Positions 19,241 through 29,730 are shown, counted from the first letter of the stretch. The stretch is DNA of 64,000 nucleotides from an uncultured bacterium (GCA_913050325.1 CAJWZP010000001.1:129611-193610); one strand, 5' to 3'. The notes: generated by a model not told the origin, from the letters alone. Numbers and translations: made by a program.

Positions 19241-20443
19241 ATGGCAACTTTTGAATTTCCTGGTGAAATTTCTGGATCACAGAACACAAATCTTTTTGAA
19301 ACTCTTGGTGCAAAAATTAAAGTAATTGGTGTTGGAGGGGCAGGTGGAAATGCTATTAATTCTATGATATCAGAAAATATTACAGGTGTAGAATTTATTG
19401 CAATCAACTCAGATTTTCAAGATCTTCAAAAATCTAAATCAAAAAGAGTTATTCAAATTGGAAAGAATATAGCAAAAGGTTTAGGAGTTGGTGGTGACCC
19501 ATCTTTAGGAAGTGAATGTGCAAAAGCTGATCAGAATGAAATAACGGATGCACTTCAAGGTGCTGATATGGTTTTTATAACCGCAGGAATGGGCGGGGGT
19601 ACTGGTACAGGAGCTTCACCTGTTGTTGCAAAATTGGCAAGAGATGCGGGAGCTCTAACAATAGCTATTGTTACAAAACCATTTGAATTTGAAGCAAATA
19701 AAAGAATTACACAAGCAGATTCAGGAATAAATGATTTAACAAAAGAAGTTGATTCAATTATCGTAATTCCTAATGATCGACTAAAAGAAGTCCAACAAAT
19801 TTCCGGTATTGCGGATTCTTTTAAAGCAGCTGATAGTGTCTTAACGAAAGCTGTCAGGGGGATTTCAGACATAATTGTTGGATCAGGTTTTATTAATGTT
19901 GATTTTGCAGATGTTAAAAAAATTATGACAGAAAGTGGTGGAAAAGCATTAATGGGTACTGGAGAAGGAGAAGGCACATCGAGAGCAATTGAAGCATCTG
20001 AAAATGCTATTACTAGTCCTTTGCTTGAGGATATATCAATAGATGGAGCTACAGGAATTTTAATTAATGTTTCCGCGTCTAGTAATTTCACTATAGATGA
20101 ATTAAATGATGCATGTAATCATATAAAATCAAAAGCCAGTCCAAGTGTTAATTTAATATTTGGGCTTGTACTAGATGAATCATTAGGAGATAAAGTCAGA
20201 ATAACTGTAATTGCAACTGGTATTGATGGAGAGACTATAAAACAATCTGCTTTAGAGGTTCCAATAGAAGATCCTAATCAAGATAGTTTTGATTTAGGTG
20301 AAACAATTAATAATCTAGATGATAATTCCGTTGCTAAAGAAAATATTGAAAATAATGGAAATGCAGATTTAGAAGATCTTCATCCTTTAGGTGATGATGA
20401 ACATTTTGAAATTCCCGCTTTTCTTAGAAAGACAAAAAAATAA
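19241..20443 (+). CDS. ftsZ: cell division GTPase FtsZ
   Basis: GGGTGTG tubulin signature. C-terminal FEIPAFLRK peptide. AAGGAG ribosome-binding site. Confidence 0.95.
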   Translation: MATFEFPGEISGSQNTNLFETLGAKIKVIGVGGAGGNAINSMISENITGVEFIAINSDFQDLQKSKSKRVIQIGKNIAKGLGVGGDPSLGSECAKADQNEITDALQGADMVFITAGMGGGTGTGASPVVAKLARDAGALTIAIVTKPFEFEANKRITQADSGINDLTKEVDSIIVIPNDRLKEVQQISGIADSFKAADSVLTKAVRGISDIIVGSGFINVDFADVKKIMTESGGKALMGTGEGEGTSRAIEASENAITSPLLEDISIDGATGILINVSASSNFTIDELNDACNHIKSKASPSVNLIFGLVLDESLGDKVRITVIATGIDGETIKQSALEVPIEDPNQDSFDLGETINNLDDNSVAKENIENNGNADLEDLHPLGDDEHFEIPAFLRKTKK

Positions 20444-20776
20444 TTAAATTCTATTCCCTTCGTTCCACAATGATTCTAAGTCGTAATATTCTCGCATATC
20501 TACATGGAATAAATGAATCATAATTTGTCCTGTATCAATTATTATCCAACCTGATGTATTAACGCCATCAATTAAAGTTTTAATTTTAAAATCCTTTTTC
20601 AGTTTTTCATTAACATAATCTGCTAAAGCTTTGACTCCCCTATCTGAATCCATGCTCGCTATAACCATATAATCTGTGATTGAAGAAATTTCTGCAATCT
20701 CAATTACAATTGGATTGATAGCTTTACGAAAATTTAATTCATCCAGAATTTCTTTTAATAAATTACTAGTTTTCAT
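20444..20776 (-). CDS. rsfS: ribosome silencing factor RsfS (iojap)
   Basis: 110 aa with DYMVIASMDSDR and IMIHLFH motifs typical of RsfS. Confidence 0.85.
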   Translation of the reverse strand: MKTSNLLKEILDELNFRKAINPIVIEIAEISSITDYMVIASMDSDRGVKALADYVNEKLKKDFKIKTLIDGVNTSGWIIIDTGQIMIHLFHVDMREYYDLESLWNEGNRI

Positions 20777-21422
20777 TTTGAATATAAAGGTTGTTATTTA
20801 TTATATAGTCATAAACGCTTTTTGATATATATTTAATAATATTTTTTTCATCAAAATCATATATATATTTTCTAATTTCTGACGATGAAATTTTAATTTC
20901 TTTTTTTAAATTTAACGCAATGATTTTATTTTTAGTTTTCTTATTAACAATAATTTTTAGTCCTTTATAATTGATGAATCGATTATACCCTGGATTATTT
21001 GAAATTATATTATTTAAATCTAATTCGTAACCTGGTCTATTAATAAAGACTAAATTAACAATTTTTAAAATCTCATTTGGCTTAAACCATGTGTTAAAGT
21101 TTTTTGAATGATCAGCTCCCAAAGTAAAAAAAAATTTATCATTAGAACTTTTTACTAATTTTTTTAAAGTATTAAAAGAAAAATGCTTTTCATCACAATT
21201 ACTTTCCAAGCTGGAAACCTCATATTTTTTTTCATTTGGAAAAGACAATTCTATCATTTGTTTTATATGATAAAAATTTTTCTCATGTTTATTTTTTTTA
21301 GAATTCAAGTTTGGAACTATAATAACTTTATCAAAATTAAGAATATCAGAGGTTCTGTTGATTAAATTAATATGACCTAAATGTATTGGATCAAAAGAGC
21401 CACCAAAAATACCTATTCTCAT
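20766..21422 (-). CDS. nadD: nicotinate-nucleotide adenylyltransferase NadD
   Basis: MRIGIFGGSFDPIHLGH (H/T-x-G-H nucleotidyltransferase motif). Confidence 0.85.
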   Translation of the reverse strand: MRIGIFGGSFDPIHLGHINLINRTSDILNFDKVIIVPNLNSKKNKHEKNFYHIKQMIELSFPNEKKYEVSSLESNCDEKHFSFNTLKKLVKSSNDKFFFTLGADHSKNFNTWFKPNEILKIVNLVFINRPGYELDLNNIISNNPGYNRFINYKGLKIIVNKKTKNKIIALNLKKEIKISSSEIRKYIYDFDEKNIIKYISKSVYDYIINNNLYIQNEN

Positions 21423-22510
21423 TGCTTTAATATTATCATATAATTATTTCCAACTTTCTTGAATCTATTTAAATTTTCCTCTTTAAGTTTAATAATTTTT
21501 TTAAATTTTGAGGTCATATTCACGCCTTCATTACCTATAAAAATATTTGAATAATACAATATTATTTCATCCCATAAATTTGATTCTAAAAAAGAACTAA
21601 AAACTCTAGCTCCACCCTCGATTAAAAGTCTTTGTAACTCTAATTTATTTAATACTTTTAAAATAGCGTTAGGTGATAAATTAGGAAGCTTTATAATCTT
21701 TACACCTAGTTTTTTAAAATCTTCTTCTTTCTTTTTTGATACACTAGTTTTTACAATAAATATTGGTTTAATTTCGGGGTTTAATAATATTTTACTATTT
21801 TTTGGCGTCCTTAATTTTGAATCTAAAACAATAGGAATTGGTTGAATATTATATTTGTTGATTTTACCTCGATAAGTTAATTCTGGATTATCTTTAATAA
21901 TTGTATTAACACCCACTAAAATAGAGTCATAATTTTTTCTTAACTCATTTGAATGTTTTTTTTGGATAAAATCCCCTATTAAATTATTTTTTAATTTATT
22001 TGAAAAGATTTTTCCATCAAAACTAACACAAAGTTTTAAGGAAATAAAAGGTATTTTATCAGTAATTGATTTTTTAAAACCCCTATTAATTTCATCTAAT
22101 GAATTTTTTATAAATATTTGTTCAACTTTTAATTTATTCTTTTCAAGAATCTTAACTCCTTTACCATTTACTTTAGGGTTAACATCATATTCTAAAAAAA
22201 TAACCTTCTTAATGCCTTTCTGAATTATATAATCTACGCATGGAGGTGTTTTTTTACTTTTATGACAGCATGGTTCAAGAGTTACAAACAAAGTAGCACC
22301 TGAAATTTTTTCACCTTTTGATTCGGCATTAAGTATCGCATTAACTTCTGCATGATTACCAGTTATTTTTTCGTGATACCCTTGTCCAATAACTTTATTA
22401 TTTTTAACTAAGACTGCACCTACGATTGGATTTAAGCCAGTATTATTGATTCCTTTATGAGCAATTCTTATTGCTTTTTTCATATAAATTTCTTTTTGTT
22501 TTTGATTCAT
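21419..22510 (-). CDS. ribD: bifunctional riboflavin biosynthesis deaminase/reductase RibD
   Basis: HAEVNAI...LEPCCH zinc-deaminase motif plus a C-terminal reductase domain. Confidence 0.85.
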   Translation of the reverse strand: MNQKQKEIYMKKAIRIAHKGINNTGLNPIVGAVLVKNNKVIGQGYHEKITGNHAEVNAILNAESKGEKISGATLFVTLEPCCHKSKKTPPCVDYIIQKGIKKVIFLEYDVNPKVNGKGVKILEKNKLKVEQIFIKNSLDEINRGFKKSITDKIPFISLKLCVSFDGKIFSNKLKNNLIGDFIQKKHSNELRKNYDSILVGVNTIIKDNPELTYRGKINKYNIQPIPIVLDSKLRTPKNSKILLNPEIKPIFIVKTSVSKKKEEDFKKLGVKIIKLPNLSPNAILKVLNKLELQRLLIEGGARVFSSFLESNLWDEIILYYSNIFIGNEGVNMTSKFKKIIKLKEENLNRFKKVGNNYMIILKQ

Positions 22511-22512
22511 TT

Positions 22513-23472
22513 TTATTTAAATAATGCATCTCCAAATTCATTTGAATCGAAAGGAATTAAATCTTCAACACGTTCACCGATACCTATAAACTTAATTGGT
22601 AAATTATTGTCATATGAAGCAGATATTGCAAATCCTGCTTTTGAAGTACTATCTAGTTTAGTAACGATTATTCCTGTTAATGAAATATTATCTCCAAAGG
22701 CTTTTACTTGGGAAAGTGCATTTTGTCCCGCGGTCCCATCTAAAACAATTAAAGATTCTGTTGGTTTTTTGTTTGTTTTTGAAATAATTACTTTTTCAAT
22801 TTTATTTATTTGATTCATTAAATCTGTATTTGTTCCCAACCTACCGGCAGTATCAATTATCACAATATCAACATTATTTTCCATAGCTTTATCTAAACCT
22901 GAATATACAACTGAGGCTGGATCATCTTGAGACGTTGTATGAAACATAACTTCTGACCTTTCAGACCAAACTTTTAATTGATCAACTGCAGCAGCTCGAA
23001 AAGTATCAGCGGCAATTAACATTATTTTTTTCTCACTAATTTTTGATAAAAGGAAAGATAATTTGCCTACTGTAGTTGTTTTGCCACTTCCATTTACACC
23101 TGAAATGAGTATTACAGAGATGTCTGAAGAATTTAATTTAATTTCTATATCATCTCTATTGAGCATTTTTTTAACTTCACTATTTATCAAATCTAAAAAC
23201 AAACTTTCATTAGACTCACTACTGTATTCATTCACATTAAGTTCTTTTTTCATTTTTCCAATTAAATATTCAGATGTTTGGAAACTTATGTCAGCAAGAA
23301 GCAAATTCTCCATAATCTCATCTAAGCTTTCCTGATCTATCACTACCTTTTTTTTCAAAATTTTAGTAATATTTGACTTTATACTGTCACTACTCTTACT
23401 AAGACCCTCTTTAACAGATGAGAAAAAGCTTTTTATTTTATTAAACATTAAATTATTCTGAACTTTTTTCAT
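22513..23472 (-). CDS. ftsY: signal recognition particle receptor FtsY
   Basis: SRP-GTPase NG domain (GVNGSGKTTTVGKL, DTAGR) with no M domain. The track start is a TTG at 23499; ATG candidates are at 23472 and 23448. Confidence 0.85.
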   Translation of the reverse strand: MKKVQNNLMFNKIKSFFSSVKEGLSKSSDSIKSNITKILKKKVVIDQESLDEIMENLLLADISFQTSEYLIGKMKKELNVNEYSSESNESLFLDLINSEVKKMLNRDDIEIKLNSSDISVILISGVNGSGKTTTVGKLSFLLSKISEKKIMLIAADTFRAAAVDQLKVWSERSEVMFHTTSQDDPASVVYSGLDKAMENNVDIVIIDTAGRLGTNTDLMNQINKIEKVIISKTNKKPTESLIVLDGTAGQNALSQVKAFGDNISLTGIIVTKLDSTSKAGFAISASYDNNLPIKFIGIGERVEDLIPFDSNEFGDALFK

Positions 23473-23525
23473 TGATTTATCAATAAAGATGTTAAACAAA
23501 ATCTATTCATTTATAATGTATAAAT

Positions 23526-26500
23526 ATGAAAAACAACTTTGCTCACCTACATCTTCATTCACAGTTTTCATTACTAGATGGTGCAATTAAATTTGATGAA
23601 CTTTTTGATGAGGTAAAAAATCAAGGAATGGACTCAGTAGCCTTAACTGACCATGGGAATCTTTTTGGGGCTTATGAGTTTTATAAAAAAGCCAAAGAAA
23701 AAGGTATTAAGCCAATTGTAGGGTGTGAAATTTATATTACAAAAGATCATACAAATAAATCCACGGAAGATAATAAAACACATCATTTAACTGTATTAGC
23801 TATGAACATTAAAGGATATGAAAATTTATGTAAGTTGGTTTCAATTGGCCATTTAAGAGGTTTTTATAGAAAGCCAAGAATTGATAAAAAACTACTTTTT
23901 GAAAACAGTGAAGGGTTGATTATTCTGAGTGGTTGCTTAAATGGTGAAGTATCACATAATATTTTAAAAGGAAAAAAAGATATTGCTTTAAAAATTGCCG
24001 CAGAATACAAGAGCGAACTAAAGGATAGATATTTTATAGAAATACAAGGTACATGCCTTAAAGAACAAGTAAAGGTTAATAGTGTTTTAAAAGAAATCGC
24101 ATCAAAATTGGATATTAAAGTAGTAGCTACTAATGATTGCCATTATTTGACTAAAAATGATTTTCATTCTCATGATACTTTATTATGTATTCAAACTAAT
24201 TCCTTAGTTAAAGAAGAAAAAAGATTTAGATTTAATGGTAATGAATTTTATCTAAAATCAAAAAAAGAAATGATGGAAGCCTTAGATAATGATGAGGAAT
24301 CAATTGATAATACTATTATGATTGCCGAAAGATGTGATATAGATTTTGGCGATATTAATTATAAACTTCCTTCATTAAATAGTGACATTAATTATGATGG
24401 AATTAGGGATTTTGCATATAAGTCACTAGCAGATTTTATTAATGAAAATTTAATTGCTTCAAATAATAAAAAAATTTATGAAAACAGAATTGAGCATGAA
24501 TTAAAAATAATTGAGAAAATGGGTTTTGAAGGCTATTTTATGGTTGTTTCCGATTTTATTAATTATGCTAAAAAAAATTCAATACCTGTGGGTCCTGGAA
24601 GAGGTAGTGCCGCTGGTAGTCTTGTTGCATTCCTACTAGGCATAACAGAGGTTGACCCTATAAAACATGGTCTGATATTTGAAAGATTTTTAAATCCTGA
24701 AAGAATTAGCATGCCTGACATTGATATTGATTTTTGTGGAGAGGGTCGAGATGATGTTATTCAATATGTGACTAATAAATATGGTAAAGATAAGGTAGCT
24801 CAAATTGGAACATTTGGAACTATGTCATCTAAAGCTGTTGTAAAAGATGTTGGTAGAGTATTAGGACTATCTTTTGCAGATGTTAATAAATTAACAAATA
24901 TAATTCCCTCTTTTAGAGGAAAAGTTTATAGTCTTGAAGAATCATATAAAAAAGTCAAAGAATTTAGGGATTTAGTTGAGAGTAATCAATCATATACTGA
25001 ACTTTATAATCTTAGCGTAAAACTCGAAAATTCAGTCAGACATTCTTCAACACATGCTGCAGGAGTAGTTATAGCTAATGAACCTCTTGATAAAATGATC
25101 CCTTTATATAAGGGATCAAGAGATGAAACTGTTACACAATACGATATGAATGCTGTAGAAGATTTAGGATACGTTAAGTTTGACTTTTTGGGTTTAAAGA
25201 CTTTGACAGTTATTAAAAAAACAAAAGATTTTATCAAAAAAAATAAGCCATCAATAGATCAAGAACTAAACAAAGCAGATATAAATGACCCTAAAGTCTA
25301 CGAGCTTTTGTCTAAAGGTCTAACTAGAGGAATCTTTCAAATTGAATCATCAGGTATGAAAGATGTTTTAAAAAATTTGAAAGCTGATAAATTTGATGAC
25401 ATTGTTGCATTGCTTGCATTATATAGACCAGGTCCATTAGATAGTGGAATGGTTGATGAATACATTCTTAGAAAAAATAAAAAGAAAAAAACAGATTATC
25501 CCTCGCCCCAATTAAAAGACATTCTCTTAGAAACACATGGGCTATTTGTTTATCAAGAGCAAATTATGAATACAGCATCAGTTTTAGCTAATTTTACACT
25601 TGGTGATGCAGACCTTTTAAGGCGAGCTATGGGAAAGAAAAAAGCTTCTGAAATGACGGCTCAAAAAGAAAAATTTCTAGAAGGTGCAAAAAATAACAAC
25701 ATAGATATAAAATTAGCGGAAGATATTTTTAATACAATGGAAAAATTTGCTGAATACTCATTTAATAAAAGTCATAGTACCGCCTATGCTTACATAACTT
25801 TTCAAACTGCGTATCTTAAAACTTATTATCCTTGTGAATTTATGGCTGCGTTAATGACTACTGAAATTAATAATTCGGAAAAAATAGTTTCTGATGTAAG
25901 AGAATGTAAGGAAATGAATATTAAAATTTTACCTCCAGGAATTAATGACAGTGGATCAGGATTCACTCCTATAGATAATTCAATTAGATTTGGTCTAAAT
26001 GCGGTTAAAAATTTAGGTACCAATATTGTTCAAAATATTATGGACTCTCGAAAATCACATGGAAATTTTGAAAATTTATTTGAATTTTTAGGATTCATGG
26101 ATTCCAGAAGAATGAATAAAAAAACATTGGAAAGTTTAATAAAATCCGGAACTCTAGATGAATTTGGTTTTACGAGGTCAACCTTATTCAATAACCTAGA
26201 TAAATTACAATCAAATGTAGGAATAAATAATGTAGTTGATAGTGATCAAGAAAGTTTATTTTCGAATGAACAAATTTATCAAATCCCTGAACTAGAAATA
26301 TATCCTGAGTGGTCAATATTTGATTTATCAAAATATGAAATCGAGACTTTAGGTTACTCTATAAGTGTAAATCCGCTTTCGGCTGTTAGTGAAAAATTAA
26401 ACGAACTTCAAATATCTACATTAGATGAAATAAAAAAAATGAAAGATAAGAGCACAGTATCCATGGCTGTATTTATTACTGCTATAGAAATAAAAAATTC

Positions 26501-26936
26501 TAAAAGGAATTCAAAGAAATACGCACTAATAAATTTTGAAGATTCAACTGGTGTAATGGAAGGAATAATATTTAATGATGAAATTGTCCGACATGAAGAT
26601 AAACTTGAAGTGGGAATACCACTTTTGATTACTGGGACAATTGATAATTCGGATGAAAATTTAAAAATAATTGTAAATAGTTTTAATGGAAATGATGCTA
26701 TTAAGGAAATTAAAAACATAAGTCTTCCTTTAAAAATAAAGATAGATAGAGAAATTTCGGATAATGAAACTGTGAAATTAAAAAAATTATTTGAAAAATA
26801 CCCTGGTGAATCGAATATAGAAATATTTTTAAGTAACAATGGATTAAAAGCAAGAATAGGGATAGAAGACTTAAAAGTTCATAACTGTGATGAATTAAAA
26901 AAAGAAATTAGTGAATTTAATTTTAATTCCCATTAA
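23526..26936 (+). CDS. dnaE: DNA polymerase III alpha subunit DnaE
   Basis: 1136 aa. PHP domain (HLHLHSQFSLLDGA) and pol III alpha core motifs. Confidence 0.95.
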   Translation: MKNNFAHLHLHSQFSLLDGAIKFDELFDEVKNQGMDSVALTDHGNLFGAYEFYKKAKEKGIKPIVGCEIYITKDHTNKSTEDNKTHHLTVLAMNIKGYENLCKLVSIGHLRGFYRKPRIDKKLLFENSEGLIILSGCLNGEVSHNILKGKKDIALKIAAEYKSELKDRYFIEIQGTCLKEQVKVNSVLKEIASKLDIKVVATNDCHYLTKNDFHSHDTLLCIQTNSLVKEEKRFRFNGNEFYLKSKKEMMEALDNDEESIDNTIMIAERCDIDFGDINYKLPSLNSDINYDGIRDFAYKSLADFINENLIASNNKKIYENRIEHELKIIEKMGFEGYFMVVSDFINYAKKNSIPVGPGRGSAAGSLVAFLLGITEVDPIKHGLIFERFLNPERISMPDIDIDFCGEGRDDVIQYVTNKYGKDKVAQIGTFGTMSSKAVVKDVGRVLGLSFADVNKLTNIIPSFRGKVYSLEESYKKVKEFRDLVESNQSYTELYNLSVKLENSVRHSSTHAAGVVIANEPLDKMIPLYKGSRDETVTQYDMNAVEDLGYVKFDFLGLKTLTVIKKTKDFIKKNKPSIDQELNKADINDPKVYELLSKGLTRGIFQIESSGMKDVLKNLKADKFDDIVALLALYRPGPLDSGMVDEYILRKNKKKKTDYPSPQLKDILLETHGLFVYQEQIMNTASVLANFTLGDADLLRRAMGKKKASEMTAQKEKFLEGAKNNNIDIKLAEDIFNTMEKFAEYSFNKSHSTAYAYITFQTAYLKTYYPCEFMAALMTTEINNSEKIVSDVRECKEMNIKILPPGINDSGSGFTPIDNSIRFGLNAVKNLGTNIVQNIMDSRKSHGNFENLFEFLGFMDSRRMNKKTLESLIKSGTLDEFGFTRSTLFNNLDKLQSNVGINNVVDSDQESLFSNEQIYQIPELEIYPEWSIFDLSKYEIETLGYSISVNPLSAVSEKLNELQISTLDEIKKMKDKSTVSMAVFITAIEIKNSKRNSKKYALINFEDSTGVMEGIIFNDEIVRHEDKLEVGIPLLITGTIDNSDENLKIIVNSFNGNDAIKEIKNISLPLKIKIDREISDNETVKLKKLFEKYPGESNIEIFLSNNGLKARIGIEDLKVHNCDELKKEISEFNFNSH

Positions 26937-27244
26937 GAAACATTATTTATTATTTCTTTAATTTTGTCTGGATTACTTGTTGCAATAAAAATTTCTTGAT
27001 TTGAGTTACCTGATGAAGCATTTAATTTACAACCAACCAATATTCTCCCAGCTCCTTCAATTACTTCTCTACCCCACCTGACTTTAAGGTTCTCACCTGT
27101 TCCTTTCCCTACTTTGATAGCACCAGGAGTAATTAAATTAACTTCACTTATAGGTTCTATATATTTTTTTAAAAAAGTATCAAGTCCTTTGATTCTCGAA
27201 TGCTTTCTCATTATTTTTCCATCTCTGTTTTTTTTTAATTTCAT
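26933..27244 (-). CDS. hypothetical 103-aa protein, translationally coupled (1-nt overlap) to the upstream helicase
   Basis: ORF only (…ITPGAIKVGKGTGENLKVRWGREV…). A small beta-barrel-like composition is a guess; no family is recognised. Confidence 0.4.
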   Translation of the reverse strand: MKLKKNRDGKIMRKHSRIKGLDTFLKKYIEPISEVNLITPGAIKVGKGTGENLKVRWGREVIEGAGRILVGCKLNASSGNSNQEIFIATSNPDKIKEIINNVS

Positions 27245-29322
27245 TAATCAACTTCCTCTAAATCATTAATAAAAACTTTTTTTACTACTCCAGAATCAAA
27301 CTTCACTGTTACAACATCCTCATAATTATCAGTATCAGCAATATCAATATAACCATTTCCGAATTTATAATGAAAAACTTTTTCTTCATTTGTATCAGAA
27401 GTATTTAAGTCAATTATATTAAGATCTTCACAGCTATCAATTTCATCTAGGAACTGGGAAGGATTTGAATAAATTATTGATCCAAACTGTCTCCTTATTT
27501 TACAATAAGATAGATTTAAAGATTTTATAGCCCTTGTAAAGGCAACATAACAAAGTCTTCTTTCTTCTTCGATTTCAGCAACAGAAAACATGGACCTAGA
27601 ATGTGGGAACAAACCTTCTTCAATTCCAACAACATACACACTTGGAAACTCTAAACCTTTTGATAAATGAACAGTCATCAATGTGACAAAACTTGAAGAA
27701 TTATCTAAATCATCAACTGCTGATGATAACATTAATGAATTTAAAAAATCATTAATATCATTAGAATTATTATTTTCAAATTCAGCAATAAAATTTAGGA
27801 ATTCTGAAACATTTTCCAATTTGTCATCATCTTTTAAGGAATCAAAATATTCAATTGAGTTCAAAAATTTTTCAAATGCCTCGGATAATGAAGAAAATTT
27901 ATCTATATCTTCAATAAAAAAATCAATTGATTCAATTAGTTTAGAAATTGCAATGTTAATTTTATTAGAAAAAGTTTTTTCGGTTCTAATTTTTTTTATA
28001 GTTTCAAATAAATTTATATTTTCCTGGCTTGCGATTAACTTTATTTTTTGTAATGTTTTTAACCCGATGCCTCTTGTAGGATTATTAATTATTCTATCAA
28101 ATGCAATTTCATCATTTTTATTAGTTATAAACTTTAAATAAGATATACAGTCTTTTACCTCTGCTCTTTCATAGAAGCTAATGTTCCCAAAAATTTTATA
28201 TTTTATATTTGCTCTTCTAAGTTCATCCTCTAGTACTCTACTTTGTGCATTTGTTCTGTAAAAAATTGCAATATCCTTAAAAGGAAATGTTGACTTTTCG
28301 CTTAAAATATTTCTAGCAACATATTTAGCTTCAGTTCTGTCATCTTCAAAAGAAACAAGCTTTACAGGATTTCCTTTTTTATTAATTGTCCACATTTTTT
28401 TTTCTAATCTTTCTGTATTTTTAGAAATTAAAGAATTAGAAACATTTAAAATTTCAGGTGTAGATCTATAATTTTGTTCCAGCTTATAGACTTCTGTATC
28501 AGGGAAAAACTTTTTAAATTGCAAAATATTTTCAATATTGGCGCCTCTCCAACCATAAATTGATTGATCTTCGTCACCTACAACAAATAAATTTCTTTGA
28601 GGATTAGATATAATGTTAATTAACCTAAATTGGATATTATTTGTATCTTGATATTCATCAACAAATACGTATTTAAAAAGGTTTTGCATTTTTTGTTTAA
28701 AATTATTATTCTTTGTTAATAATTCATAGAATTTTAAAATCAAGTCTCCAAAATCCATTGCATTTAGTGTTTCAAGTCTTGTTTGGTATGTTTGGATAAT
28801 TTTTTGTTCAATTTCATCATCAAATTCCCATTCATCATACAATAATGAATTCTTTAATGAATCAATTTTAGACCTTATCTTAGATGGATCATACCTATTT
28901 AAGTCTAAATCATTATCTTTAATTATTGATTTAATAACTTTCAATTGATCAGATGGATCATATATTGAGAAATTTTTATTATAATTCCCTACTATATAAT
29001 CTGAATTCAATCTAAGTATTTTATATGAAATTGAATGAAAAGTTCCAATCCAAGGGAAATCAAGCTTGTTTCCAACAAATGTGTTTATTCTTTCTCTCAT
29101 TTCATTGGCCGCTTTATTGGTAAATGTTAGTGCCAGCAATTCATTGGTTCCACATAATTTTTGGTATATGAGAGACGCAATTTTTATAGTTAAAACCCTA
29201 GTTTTTCCTGATCCGGCACCAGCTAATACCAAAGCAGGACCGTCTTCATGTTTAATAGCGGCAAGTTGGTTATTATTCATCTTTTGCTTGATTTTTTCAA
29301 AGAAAATATCTATATCTGGCAT
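27244..29322 (-). CDS. uvrD: UvrD/Rep/PcrA-family ATP-dependent DNA helicase
   Basis: 692 aa with VLAGAGSGKTRVLT (Walker A) and UvrD-family motifs. Exact orthology (UvrD, Rep or PcrA) cannot be decided from sequence. Confidence 0.8.
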   Translation of the reverse strand: MPDIDIFFEKIKQKMNNNQLAAIKHEDGPALVLAGAGSGKTRVLTIKIASLIYQKLCGTNELLALTFTNKAANEMRERINTFVGNKLDFPWIGTFHSISYKILRLNSDYIVGNYNKNFSIYDPSDQLKVIKSIIKDNDLDLNRYDPSKIRSKIDSLKNSLLYDEWEFDDEIEQKIIQTYQTRLETLNAMDFGDLILKFYELLTKNNNFKQKMQNLFKYVFVDEYQDTNNIQFRLINIISNPQRNLFVVGDEDQSIYGWRGANIENILQFKKFFPDTEVYKLEQNYRSTPEILNVSNSLISKNTERLEKKMWTINKKGNPVKLVSFEDDRTEAKYVARNILSEKSTFPFKDIAIFYRTNAQSRVLEDELRRANIKYKIFGNISFYERAEVKDCISYLKFITNKNDEIAFDRIINNPTRGIGLKTLQKIKLIASQENINLFETIKKIRTEKTFSNKINIAISKLIESIDFFIEDIDKFSSLSEAFEKFLNSIEYFDSLKDDDKLENVSEFLNFIAEFENNNSNDINDFLNSLMLSSAVDDLDNSSSFVTLMTVHLSKGLEFPSVYVVGIEEGLFPHSRSMFSVAEIEEERRLCYVAFTRAIKSLNLSYCKIRRQFGSIIYSNPSQFLDEIDSCEDLNIIDLNTSDTNEEKVFHYKFGNGYIDIADTDNYEDVVTVKFDSGVVKKVFINDLEEVD

Positions 29323-29346
29323 TTAAGAATTAAGTTTATACTAATT

Positions 29347-29399
29347 TCTAGACAAAGTTATCATTAATTTCTTGACAAAGTTGCTATCATGTTTATCTT
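29347..29399 (+). promoter_or_regulatory. groESL upstream region: direct repeat ACAAAGTT(g)CTATCAT twice, and a sigma70-like TTGACA -35 (29372-29377) with TATCTT (29394-29399). No CIRCE.
   Basis: Seen directly in the sequence. The function is inferred. Confidence 0.35.
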
Positions 29400-29442
29400 C
29401 TAGGGTATTAAATATTTAATAAATTAAATTTTGGAGGGTTTT

Positions 29443-29730
29443 ATGAATATTAAACCTTTGTATGACAGGTTGCTAGTGAGAATTAACAATCCTGAAGAAA
29501 CAACAGAAGGTGGCATTATCATACCTGATTCATCCCAGGAAAAACCTCAGGAGGGCACAGTGGTTTCAGCCGGAAATGGCAGACTTTTAGAAGATGGCAC
29601 AGTCAAGCCTCTTGATATTAAAGAAGGAGATACTGTACTCTTTAATAAATATGGTGGAATGGAACTTGCTTTAGGTGATGGTAATTACATTTTCCTTAAA
29701 GAAGATGAAATTCTTGGAGTTATTGAATAA
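29443..29730 (+). CDS. groES: co-chaperonin GroES
   Basis: MNIKPLYDRLLV...GGIIIPD. GGAGGG ribosome-binding site, then the ATG at 29443. The track start at 29431 is a TTG. Confidence 0.95.
   Translation: MNIKPLYDRLLVRINNPEETTEGGIIIPDSSQEKPQEGTVVSAGNGRLLEDGTVKPLDIKEGDTVLFNKYGGMELALGDGNYIFLKEDEILGVIE

Noticed and set aside
19555-20091. 178-aa ORF antisense to ftsZ; similar antisense ORFs in groEL (29960-30178, 30353-30736, 30842-31075), the ADC genes (42080-42355, 42650-42910, 43707-43913) and elsewhere
   Set aside because: They lie opposite strongly conserved genes in GC-richer stretches where stop codons are rare, have Ala/Pro/Ser-rich low-complexity translations, and have no motifs.
27244-29322. 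UvrD-like helicase as part of an anti-phage system (Gabija- or Hachiman-like)
   Set aside because: It has a full-length housekeeping UvrD/Rep/PcrA architecture (692 aa), sits among dnaE and groESL, and has no nuclease partner.
29323-29442. CIRCE or sigma32-type promoter upstream of groES
   Set aside because: No CIRCE inverted repeat is present. The CTTGACA / CAT.T elements are only 7 nt apart, inconsistent with the 13-15 nt sigma32 spacing.
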